Source: Lingula anatina
Taxonomy: Eukaryota; Animalia; Brachiopoda
NCBI GenBank assembly: GCA_051362555.1
Contig: JBPQGU010000016.1
Span: 2,356,001-2,420,000 of the forward strand
Direction: 5' to 3'
Length of the DNA stretch: 64,000 nt
The position numbers and the translations under genes are program-made. The notes under the pieces were generated by a model. It searched no databases. It was given only the letters and a program-made list of their open reading frames with translations, and was not told the DNA's origin. Positions within the stretch are counted from its first letter, which is position 1; each line of letters opens with the position of its first letter. Positions 1-10,958 of this stretch are shown piece by piece.

Positions 1-406
1 CGCGAAAAGGTAATTATTGCGATAAAAGCGGAAAGGTGCAACTGGTTGCGCCGACTGATACGTCGGCGTGCTCGGTACTACTTGAGCTTTTCATCGGTGT
101 CGGTGTTTAAATTATCTAGTCCGTTTAAAGCGAGCAACGGGCAGGTGAATCGCTGAGTCGAGAGAAAACTTACCTCTTGTCGCCATGTTGAATAGCTTGT
201 GCTTGACGACTCCTGTACCACGTGACCTCTTTTCTGCGGCCGTAATTCGCTGATTTCGCCTACGTCATCGCTGATTTTCGACCAGATCGCTGATTTTGGG
301 TTTGTGATTGGTTGGAATCGCTGATTTGAGGAAAATCAGCGATGACGTATGCATGAGTCGTCATGTGATTCGGGGTCACTCTACAGAGAAGCTACGCATG
401 TCCCCT
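1..406 (-). mobile_element. Dada-U6-like transposon, partial copy (promoter end, exon 1 and part of intron 1)
   Basis: Matches 9008-9413; coding exon 1 (ATGGCGACAAGAG|gtaag) is at 186-174 on the minus strand. Confidence 0.85.
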
Positions 407-436
407 GCGCAAAGGAACCCACTCAATCTTCTCTGT
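382..436 (+). other. Unit junction: U6-like end, GCGCAA target-site hexamer and symmetric subterminal inverted repeats
   Basis: 382-412 TACAGAGAAGCTACGCATGTCCCCTGCGCAA vs vertebrate U6 nt 40-70 TACAGAGAAGATTAGCATGGCCCCTGCGCAA is 27/31 ungapped. Layout: ACAGAGAAG(383-391), 15 bp, GCGCAA(407-412), 15 bp, CTTCTCTGT(428-436). Confidence 0.92.
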
Positions 437-1321
437 CGGCCCAGCGCAAAAAAGAAAAAAAGAAAAAGGCAAAAAATGCGAAAATTACGCCAAAAATCCC
501 GGGGCGGATGGGGCAATTTCGGCGCGCAACTTGGCACCAGATGCGTTTCAAGCCCCAAAAACGATTAAAAACGTTAGTGCGCACCTGGAATGTTTGCCGT
601 GGCCGGGTGAATGGTTCCCCCCTAAAGAAAGGACCCCACGCCTAGTTCCTGTAAACATTGCGGTTTGTTGTGGTCACATGACCGTGTCACAGTAGCCGAC
701 GGCCAAATGACCGTTAACATCGTCAAAAAAGGCCCTTCTCCTGCTCCTGCAGTTGAGAAATGTGCTACAAAGTAGCAAATTGACAAACGCAAACAAAACA
801 CAGCATCAAAATACAGAACGAAAGTGCCCGGCGTTATAACGAAAGTGCATAACGAAAGTGCATGTGTATGCAAATGCAAATCGCCAAAAACGGGCCAAAC
901 TTGCGCCCTCTAGGAGTTAAGTAGGAGTTAAGACCCAGATCTTGGCTGAATAGCGTCGCCTAATGCGTTTGCATGCTAAAAAAACGTAAATAACCTTGGT
1001 TGTGACAGATTGCTACAGTTGAGATCGTGGTGGGGAAAGAAGGGGAGGGGGGGGAATACAGAAACGTGCTCTGCATTCTACTTTCAATTTACTTGTACTG
1101 TTCATCAAAATTAAATTAAATGTACAAATTCCGTTTTATTTTCAGTTTACTGTTTTTTTTAAAATCAATATACAAATTGAAACAAAGAATGCAGGTTGTA
1201 TATGAATCAAATTTATTGAACCTCAATGCAGATAGCAGTTTTTTTCTGCGTTGTAGTTGCATAAATGATTGAAATAAGTCAGTGATTTTTTTTTTAATAT
1301 ATATATATATATATATAAATA

Positions 1322-1765
1322 GATGATAGTCCAGCTGTCTTGTTGTTTTTGCATCACAGTTGCATTGAATAAGTAGGTGATAGTCCAGCTATCTTGGAAC
1401 AAATTATTGCACAGTTGTTTTTGCATCGCAGTTGCATTGAATAAGTAGGTGATAGTCCAGCTATCTTGGAACAAATTATTGCAGAGTTGTTTTTGCATCG
1501 CAGTTGCATTGAATAAGTAGGTGATAGTCCAGCTATCTTGGAACAAATTATTGCACAGTTGTTATTGCATCGCAGTTGCATTGAATAAGTAGGTGATAGT
1601 CCAGCTATCTTGGAACAAATTATTGCACAGTTGTTTTTGCATCGCAGTTGCATTGAATAAGTAGGTGATAGTCCAGCTATCTTGGAACAAATTATTGCAC
1701 AGTTGTTTTTGCATTGCAGTTGCATTGAATAAATAAGAGATAGTCCAGCTATCCTTGAATAAGTG
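1322..1765. repeat. 72-bp minisatellite (~5.5-6 units) downstream of the transposase stop
   Basis: GATAGTCCAGCTATC recurs at 1379, 1451, 1523, 1595, 1667 and 1739; it shows up as a 24-aa repeat in spurious ORFs. Confidence 0.95.
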
Positions 1766-1953
1766 AATTGCCAGCTAACCAAGCTATTGCACACTTCCCT
1801 TGCATTGTTTGTTGCATTAATGACAGTCCAGCTGTCTGTGTATAAATATATGATGACAGTCCAGCTGTCTTTGTATAATTAAATAAAAAATGACACTCCA
1901 GCTGTCGAGAATAATGTCATTTTGGGAAGACACAGTCCTTATTTATACTGCCC

Positions 1954-4900
1954 TCACTGTTGTTGTTGTTGTTGTTGTTCTAAGAGGGCCTTCATTCGTT
2001 CCTTCCAGGCTAAGTACGTCAGGCCCTCTGCGTTGTCAGGGCAGTATGTATGGCCACGGTAGCCGCTATGACCCGCCTGGATGTTGCGTGGTTTTCCACA
2101 TTTCTTACAGTTGTTTGTTTTTCTGGTCCTCTTAGCCACAACCGGAGCTGGTGTAGTTGACTGTGGAAGTGGTTGGGACCAGGGTGGAAAACCTGGTATT
2201 GGGGTCATCACCGTGGGTGCGAAGGTGGTCCACTGGGCGGGTGCTGGTGCCAACTGGTGCGGCAGAATGCCAGGTGGAAAAAATCCAACAGGTTGTGGGA
2301 CCACGACCACTTGTTTGGACTGTGTCTCTGTTGCGCGGGCTGGCTTCATCTTCTTCTTCTTCTTCTTCTTCCCATCTCTTCTCAGCACCGCAGTGCCTGT
2401 GGTGTCTTTAGGCAGGTGGTACTGGTGCGGTGTTCCAGAGGGCACTGGCAGCCGCGGTAGCAGCTGCCTGGCAGCAGGCAGCGGTGTTGTTGCTGTTGCA
2501 GGAGGAGCGGGCAGGGACATCCCCTGTAGAAGGGAGGCCCTGTACTGCTCATCTGTAGTCCTGTTGTGCCTATGGAAGAAAAGAAAAAAAAAGAATAATC
2601 AGGAAATAATCTTTAAATATTCTTAAATCTGAAAGAAAATAAAAAATAAAAACTGAAATGAAATTGGAAAAAAAAAAAAAAAAAAGCACTAGCAATATCA
2701 TTGTATCAGTTTAATTGGTGACTTTTCAGGAATCTAATTTAAGTGAGGAATTAACATTTTACAATGTTGCTGTGACAGTCGAGTCAGTTGAGAAATTACC
2801 ATGTATGTAGTGTCCTCATGTTTATGGAGAAGAGCTGGAGGGTTGTTTTTTCCATCACACGGGCGTTGTTGAAAAGGAGCCTGGTGATCCTCTCATAGTC
2901 CCGCATGATGACTCCCCACGGGTGTTGTCTTTTGCCTCCCTTCCACGGAGCATCATGGGCCTCCATTAGTTGCATTATGACGGCCTCCACTACCCTGGAT
3001 TCGGAAGGCTCACGCGCAGGGGTGCCAGTCCCCAGCATGCACCTGAAAGTACAAAGGAAAAACTTAATTTTTTCTTGTATTATTATTATTATTATTATTA
3101 TTATTTGGTCTATTTCATGCCAATATCTTCTGAAAAATAAGTGTTAATACAATCTTAGCTGAAAAAAAAAAAAAAAAAACTTACTTCTTGACACTCTCCA
3201 CCCCAGGAGTGATGGTGTTCTTGGAAGAGGCAAATCGCCCCTTTGTGTGCCTCCTCTTGAAGTGTGGAGTGTAACGGAGGCGTTGTTTGTCCATTTCTGG
3301 CAACGCCTCCCAGTGGTGGATTATCTTCTCCACATCTTCGGTTAGGAGGCACTCCCTCTCGATGGTACGTAGGGAGACGAGTACAGAAGCCAGCTTCGTT
3401 ACGGCATCATAACCGGGGATATGATGTCTGTCCACTGACTCTGAAGTCTCATCTACCTTGGGTGTTGGTTCTTCAAGGGGCACCTCTTCTGGAAAGTAAA
3501 AAAAAAATATGCCGATATAATGAGGGGGGAGGGGAAAAAAGAAATATCACCTGAAAAAAAAAAAAAATAAATAAAATAACCTTGTGTGAACAGAACAGGG
3601 CAACTGACTTGCATAGCTACATATCTGGAATTAACATATAAAGAAAAATAATAATAATAATAAAGAAATAATAATAATAATTACAATAGTAATAATCTAA
3701 AAATTTACCTTCTCTGGGTGGAGAGGTATTGGTTGCCTCTGTCACGGAGGAGGTGTGTGGTCTGGGAGGGATGTGGAATACAGGGTCCTCGTCAGCATCT
3801 GCAATTGTGGGATCACAGTCTTCAGAGAACCCCTCATCATCAGCATCTTCCTCCACTGTCTCGACAACCTCCTCCTCGGGTGCATCTGGGTCCAGTTTTA
3901 CAGGTTCTAGGGCCTTTCCCGTCTGATCGAGCAGGTACTCGCACCCTAGAAGCTCACCTGGAAGTAAAGAGAGAAATGAGAGAATTATTAGTAGCAGGCC
4001 TCATTTTTTTTTTCATGTATTTATTTATTTATTTATTTATTTATTTTTTCCAAAAATAATTTCTTGGCTGCAATTACATCTAAACTAATTATATTCCTAT
4101 AAATTACACGAAACCTAAATCACTTTAATTACCAGTGTATTTCCTGGGGACCACAGCATTTGGCACGATGGTATTGCCAAGCACCCGTTCTCCCAGATGG
4201 TTCACTGCCTGGACGAGCTGTCCATCATAGCAGCGAAGTTCGGTGTCCCCATTGTCAATTGCGGCCAGCGCACGATCCTGGTTCCACCGAACAATTCCTT
4301 CCAGGATGTAGGCTTGGAAATTTGTGGCAGAGGCACTTTGTCCTGTTAAAAACAAGAAAAAAGGGAGAAAATTAGCTGCAAGTGTTCAATAACCACAAAT
4401 TTTCAACAAAAATGTTAAGTTTAATTTAACAAGTACCAATGCATCAAAATTAAGTCAGTCTAAAGTGATTTTAAATCTACTTTCAGGTAACCAAGCAGTC
4501 TGTCGGTGTGTGTGGTTGTGCTTACCGGGAATGAATCTAACAATATGAGAATGGAAGCTCTCCAGGGAAACTGAGCCCCTCGCACACCTGTAGACCTTCA
4601 GCTCCTTCCCGCCCTTCCTCAGAGTTCCAGTCTGGGTGTACAGAGAGACCCCTTCGACGTCCTGGAGGCATGGTATGTGGCGCTGTTGAGAGGCCCACAT
4701 GTCTTGCACTCTCTCGTGATCAAGGAGAGGTACTCCTAGCGCGTCGCACCCCTGATCACTGTCCAGCGTGTCGACCAGCGACTGCAAGAGACGAGTGGTT
4801 TCAGCTACACCGCGGGTGCGGCGACGGCAGTGTTTCTCTAACTCCTTGCGCGAGATGTGCTGCATGATGTTGTCTGGGCTGACGCCAGCGCCCTGTAGTT

Positions 4901-5378
4901 GTAGTTGGCCCAGCTTGGCATCTCGAAGTGCTGCCAGATCATCTGCGTCCCACTCAAAAATGCAGGCAGACAACTTCTTCATGAAGACGGCGTATAGTGG
5001 GTGGCTTTCCGTGGTGACACAGGAGGCGAACCTGCGCATGAAGTGCCACACGTCCAGTCGCACCACCAGATGGGGCCAGCCAGCAAACAGCTTCTTGACA
5101 TTGCAGGGACCGGAGGTGGAGCAGCAGTCCCTGTCAACATACATCACCTTGGGTGGAGGCTGTTCACTGAGCTGGTACCAGCCTCACGAGGCCCTGGGCC
5201 ATCTTGGTCAGGCCAGCTCCCTCCTGAGCAGTGAGTACTGAGGTCAGTACCTGGCCGTGTTCATTGCCCACGTTGGTGCACCAGGCAGCTGAGCCTGCAG
5301 CCTCTCCTGCCAGCTTTTTGGCTACCTGAAAAACGGAGGGGGGAAATATGACACTTAATACATTTTCTTAAAGAAATT

Positions 5379-5410
<32 letters not shown>

Positions 5411-8400
5411 TTTGTTGTTTTGTTTTCAAAACTGTTCACTGTACAAAGTTTAAGAGAGCAAATCAGAACAAAAACTGTACATACCTTTTTGGTGGAGTCC
5501 ATCTTCAAGACGGATCCAAAGGTGGAGGTCACCTTGGCTTTGATCTCATCAAGCCTCAACAACACGTCACGGACCAGCACAGTTTGTAGCCATGCTGGCC
5601 CCGGGAGTCTTTCAAAGGGTAACGGCTGAAGAGGACTTGTTCTCTGCACAAGGGATGAGCTGGCAAACTTGTCTACAACTGAGAGGAAATTGGCTACCCT
5701 GCTTAGCCAATCCCTGGTGTGCTGCTCACACAGTTGCTTACTCAGCCGAGTAGTGCTGTTCCCAAGAGATCGCTCTCTCAGGAGAGAAACTACCCGGGTA
5801 GAGCAAGAGTACCTGCAACAAAGAATCAAGAACAGAATAAGTTATAAATGTAAAGACAGAGTTATTTTGTCCGCTGAAATAGATTTTCAAATGAACTGAT
5901 ATTAAATGCAAGAATTCCATAAATTAAAAAAAGAAAAAAAAAGAAAAGTTTTGAAATTACCTGTATGTGAGCAGTGCTGGAAATTTCCCCCTTGTCGCCA
6001 CGTCCAGCTGTTGGAGGATTTCCCCACTCCAACCCGCATACTTCTTGTGACAGGCGCCGCACTCCAGGTACTCAGTGCCCATGTAAAAGTAGCCATCGAT
6101 GTCAAGGACGCGGCGGACAGTCTTGAAGAAACCGCAGGATGTTAACTGGCGACCCTTGCATGATGGCACAGAGCAAGACAGCTGAGCCCTGAACATGCGG
6201 CGTGGCATCCAGAGGAAGAAGGGGTGGGTGAAGAAAGGCCCTGCTGTTCTAGGGGGCTGGGCGTGGACCAGTCTGGGTGATGGTGGGTGCCACCACAGCT
6301 GCAGCTCTTGCTTCAGTTGGCCCCGGCGGGTGGTAAACAAGGCACGGGAAACCCACTGTGCTTCATGTGGTGGCAGGCTGGCCTTCCATGACAGAGGGAT
6401 CAGATCAGTGTCATCCACGGGCACTGGAACAAGTGAAGAGCAATAAGTACAAAATAATAGAGGGGGAAACCTGAAATAAAAGAAAATCATGAACATATAT
6501 CACACTTTACAAGAGCTGACATACTTTCTCATTACTTTTAAAAATTACTCATTCTTACTTATCATGTATCTTCTGCATTGGAGGTTATTAAAAGTAACAG
6601 ATTAATCACTGCTTGGACTTTGTTTACTTTATGGTCAATAGTTATCATTTAAATACATCCTCATATCTTTAACCTTATCACCCACAAACAAAAAAAAGTT
6701 ATTGCATGTTCAGCTCTTTTATGCTAATCTACAGGCAATACAAACACCAACCACCTCACAGTAAGGAACCCACAGTAATGCAGAAAAAAAAAAAAAGGAA
6801 AGCGAAAAAGCGAAAAAGAAAACAAAACCAAAGTGCTGCTGCTGCTGCTGTGCTGTCACCTTCCAAAACATATAAAAAGAAAACACACCACATGCTACAA
6901 GTGTCAGTGAATAAGCCACGTGTGCATTAATAATAAATAAAACAATAAAACTCTGAAAGCTTGATTTCAAACTCACCAACACCTGTCCTCCAAAGACTGT
7001 GAAAAGAAAACAGGTACAAGAACAATAGAACACTCTTAATGTTTTACATTCTGTTTTACACTATTTTCTTTCATTACACTTTGCGCGATTAATTTTATAA
7101 AAAATCTTAAAATTCACAATCTAAGCTGTGCAGATTTTCATGAAGGAATTCTTCTTGTCATCATCACCTTGGCAGGAGGGCTGGGGCGGTATGTGATATG
7201 TCACAGACAAAACACTTAATGTAAGGTCAGCAGCTAGGAGTTAACTTTTTGCTCACTGAAAATTGACTGGTTAATTTCCAAATTGAATTGACTGGTTAAT
7301 TTCCAAATTGAATCCCAGCTGTGACCTCAAATTGTTCATGGAAAAGAAACAAAAAGTCTTTACCTGAATCTGGCAGGGAGCTCTGCCTTTTGGTCTCCTG
7401 TTGGGGTATGGTGTCAGGAGCGGCAGCTGTACTGGTGCCAGCACCAGCTGAGGCAGGGACAGGTAGCTCTGGGCGTTCCAAGTCGCTCACTTCCTCAGGG
7501 TCTACGGCTGTCGCTTTAAATGAACAAAATTAGAATATACTGAAGTAAAAGTGGCAACAACTGTAAAAAGATGTTAGAAAGCTACTCTTAAAACAAGGGT
7601 CCTTACGTCAATGAAATTACCATGAATTACATTTACCTCTGGTGGTGGGTTTAGGTTTCTTGGCAACGGCGGTGTTGGTGCTGTCTGGGGCAGGAAGGGG
7701 GGCGTCCACCACTTCCACATCCTCAGACTTGGGCAGGGTCGCCGTTGCTGGAAAAAAAAAAAAATGAATAACGGAATAAATACACTGATACAGAAGCACA
7801 CATCAACTATTAAATTTGAAAAAAAAAAAAAAAAAATGTGTGTAATAATACATGTGTCATTTACCTCTTCTTGATTTCTTAAGATTGGGTGTTGGCCCTG
7901 GGGGACCAAGCTGTCTCTTCACTCCAGCTTTGAGCCCTGCTGGTGACAGATGACTGCCGACCATGAGGCTCTGAAGTGAGCTGGAGGATACTGGGACAGG
8001 CTTGGCAGGTGGTGTGGGTTTTGCCTGCCTCTCCTTGGTCTTGGCAGCAATAGCCTCCCGACCCTGGGGGAACAGCTCAAGGTACTCCTATGTGAAGTCA
8101 ATAAAGGTGATTAAGACAGGTACCCTGACAATAAAGGCATTGTCCAATTGAAATGAATGTTAATTACTATCATCTCTTTCAATAATGGAAACTAGTACAA
8201 CTGATTTATATTACTGTGTGTGCTAAGATACAAACAATGCGTTGTACCTTTCCTGGGAGGTGACCTTCAGTCCGACTAGTTTGTGTTACAAGACCACTTT
8301 AACAATACTAGATATCAGTGACTTGAGGACAGATATGTCAGATACTTAAACTATGATGTTTGTCTGTATCCACAGTAACTGAATACTTGAAGTATTATTC

Positions 8401-9193
8401 ACCACAAACCAGTATAACACCAATGAAAGACTTATAAAAGACATGGGGAGGGGGGGGGGGGGGTGCAGACAACTAACCTTACACCATGGGGCATTACTTT
8501 CAATCTTTCAATACCTTACACATTACATATAGTAAGGCAATCAAAAAAGATTTAAAAGGAAAGATTTTACCTTGAGCTTGTATTTGTTCACACCCAGCGG
8601 GCCGGGGTGTGGAGTCTCCCTGCTCAGACTCTCTGCCAAGTAGGCGGCATACCCCAGGGAGTTCTCGACCAGCCACCGGAAGGTCTGCCCCCGGTATTTT
8701 CCAAACTGCAGCCTGTGATGCCCCAGAAGGTGTTTCTTGTCGGTGACATCCAGGCCGAGCTGGATGACTGCAGACCTGGCCTCCTCCGCAACCTTCTCCG
8801 GTGGTTTGGCAGCGGCGGTGAGGGAGGCAGTGGCTGCAGAAGCAGCAGCCCTCCTCGCGGCGTTACTCTCACCGAGCGTCAGTGCTCCATCCGACCTCCT
8901 CCTGAACACTGGGTCGCTTGATCTGGTCGAGGGGAGTGGCGTTTTCGGTTCATCTGCAAAGAAATCCAGACATGTCATGTCGAGCACCCACCCACGTGGA
9001 TTTTTCCCGCGAAAAGGTAATTATTGCGATAAAAGCGGAAAGGTGCAACTGGTTGCGCCGACTGATACGTCGGCGTGCTCGGTACTACTTGAGCTTTTCA
9101 TCGGTGTCGGTGTTTAAATTATCTAGTCCGTTTAAAGCGAGCAACGGGCAGGTGAATCGCTGAGTCGAGAGAAAACTTACCTCTTGTCGCCAT
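1954..9193 (-). CDS. Dada-type transposase, copy 1 (one apparent 1-bp frameshift in exon 8, possibly a sequencing error)
   Basis: Same exons; an extra A near 5180 (ggtaccAgcctc vs ggtaccgcctc) shortens the 271-aa ORF to 230 aa. Confidence 0.8.
7261..7313. repeat. 25-bp perfect tandem duplication in intron 5 (present in every copy that retains this region)
   Basis: aattgactggttaatttccaaattg occurs twice in tandem. Confidence 0.9.
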
Positions 9194-9388
9194 GTTGAAT
9201 AGCTTGTGCTTGACGACTCCTGTACCACGTGACCTCTTTTCTGCGGCCGTAATTCGCTGATTTCGCCTACGTCATCGCTGATTTTCGACCAGATCGCTGA
9301 TTTTGGGTTTGTGATTGGTTGGAATCGCTGATTTGAGGAAAATCAGCGATGACGTATGCATGAGTCGTCATGTGATTCGGGGTCACTC

Positions 9389-9443
9389 TACAGAGAAGCT
9401 ACGCATGTCCCCTGCGCAAAGGAACCCACTCAATCTTCTCTGT
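9389..9443 (+). other. Unit junction (U6 mimic / GCGCAA / inverted repeat)
   Basis: Identical to 382-436. Confidence 0.92.
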
Positions 9444-10329
9444 CGGCCCAGCGCAAAAAAGAAAAAAAGAAAAAGGCAAAAAATGCGAAAATTACGCCAA
9501 AAATCCCGGGGCGGATGGGGCAATTTCGGCGCGCAACTTGGCACCAGATGCGTTTCAAGCCCCAAAAACGATTAAAAACGTTAGTGCGCACCTGGAATGT
9601 TTGCCGTGGCCGGGTGAATGGTTCCCCCCTAAAGAAAGGACCCCACGCCTAGTTCCTGTAAACATTGCGGTTTGTTGTGGTCACATGACCGTGTCACAGT
9701 AGCCGACGGCCAAATGACCGTTAACATCGTCAAAAAAGGCCCTTCTCCTGCTCCTGCAGTTGAGAAATGTGCTACAAAGTAGCAAATTGACAAACGCAAA
9801 CAAAACACAGCATCAAAATACAGAACGAAAGTGCCCGGCGTTATAACGAAAGTGCATAACGAAAGTGCATGTGTATGCAAATGCAAATCGCCAAAAACGG
9901 GCCAAACTTGCGCCCTCTAGGAGTTAAGTAGGAGTTAAGACCCAGATCTTGGCTGAATAGCGTCGCCTAATGCGTTTGCATGCTAAAAAAACGTAAATAA
10001 CCTTGGTTGTGACAGATTGCTACAGTTGAGATCGTGGTGGGGAAAGAAGGGGAGGGGGGGGAATACAGAAACGTGCTCTGCATTCTACTTTCAATTTACT
10101 TGTACTGTTCATCAAAATTAAATTAAATGTACAAATTCCGTTTTATTTTCAGTTTACTGTTTTTTTTAAAATCAATATACAAATTGAAACAAAGAATGCA
10201 GGTTGTATATGAATCAAATTTATTGAACCTCAATGCAGATAGCAGTTTTTTTCTGCGTTGTAGTTGCATAAATGATTGAAATAAGTCAGTGATTTTTTTT
10301 TTAATATATATATATATATATAAATAGAT

Positions 10330-10770
10330 GATAGTCCAGCTGTCTTGTTGTTTTTGCATCACAGTTGCATTGAATAAGTAGGTGATAGTCCAGCTATCTT
10401 GGAACAAATTATTGCACAGTTGTTTTTGCATCGCAGTTGCATTGAATAAGTAGGTGATAGTCCAGCTATCTTGGAACAAATTATTGCAGAGTTGTTTTTG
10501 CATCGCAGTTGCATTGAATAAGTAGGTGATAGTCCAGCTATCTTGGAACAAATTATTGCACAGTTGTTATTGCATCGCAGTTGCATTGAATAAGTAGGTG
10601 ATAGTCCAGCTATCTTGGAACAAATTATTGCACAGTTGTTTTTGCATCGCAGTTGCATTGAATAAGTAGGTGATAGTCCAGCTATCTTGGAACAAATTAT
10701 TGCACAGTTGTTTTTGCATTGCAGTTGCATTGAATAAATAAGAGATAGTCCAGCTATCCTTGAATAAGTG
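10330..10770. repeat. 72-bp minisatellite (copy 2)
   Basis: Same array as 1322-1765. Confidence 0.93.
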
Positions 10771-10958
10771 AATTGCCAGCTAACCAAGCTATTGCACACT
10801 TCCCTTGCATTGTTTGTTGCATTAATGACAGTCCAGCTGTCTGTGTATAAATATATGATGACAGTCCAGCTGTCTTTGTATAATTAAATAAAAAATGACA
10901 CTCCAGCTGTCGAGAATAATGTCATTTTGGGAAGACACAGTCCTTATTTATACTGCCC

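Larger units (their letters stand above)
413..9413 (-). mobile_element. Dada-U6-like DNA transposon, full-length copy 1
   Basis: Bounded by GCGCAA direct repeats (407-412, 9414-9419). No terminal inverted repeats, but subterminal CTTCTCTGT/ACAGAGAAG 15 bp inside each end, and a spliced DDE transposase gene. Family assignment rests on recalled Dada features (U6 target, GCGCAA TSD, DxxH motif, CCHC finger). Confidence 0.9.

Noticed and set aside
49-68. CGCCGAC/GTCGGCG hairpin in intron 1
   Set aside because: A 7-bp stem in CpG-rich DNA is plausible by chance and has no other support.
382-412. Functional U6 snRNA gene
   Set aside because: Only U6 nt 40-70 are matched. There is no 5' stem-loop, 3' part, T-tract or TATA/PSE, and the AGC triad is altered. 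It is the element end plus the target hexamer.
444-529. Extra GCGCAA hexamers at 444-449 and 524-529 as alternative element boundaries
   Set aside because: They are not preceded by U6-like sequence and are not centred between the inverted repeats; only 407-412 satisfies both.
672-700. GGTCAcaTGACC as an estrogen response element, or TGACCGTGT as an snRNA PSE
   Set aside because: The spacer is 2 bp rather than 3. The PSE-like match is short and lies on the wrong side of the octamer.
308-879. Short ORFs across the unit junction (86, 98, 60 and 85 aa)
   Set aside because: Most cross the element boundary, their Lys/Phe runs come from A-tracts, and none has a recognisable motif.
1322-1794. CRISPR-like array, or 146-aa/107-aa repeat proteins
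   Set aside because: The intervals between the palindromic 15-mers are near-identical rather than unique spacers, and the context is eukaryotic. The ORFs are a by-product of a stop-free 72-bp repeat.
2081-9163. Many antisense or overlapping ORFs (e.g. 181, 157, 126 and 113 aa)
   Set aside because: These are shadow frames of GC-rich transposase exons or run-ons into homopolymeric introns.
413-9413. Host gene family, rDNA-like repeat, LTR element or endogenous virus as the identity of the unit
   Set aside because: No rRNA, reverse transcriptase, retroviral integrase or capsid features were seen. The DDE/DxxH motifs and GCGCAA-bounded ends explain the unit.
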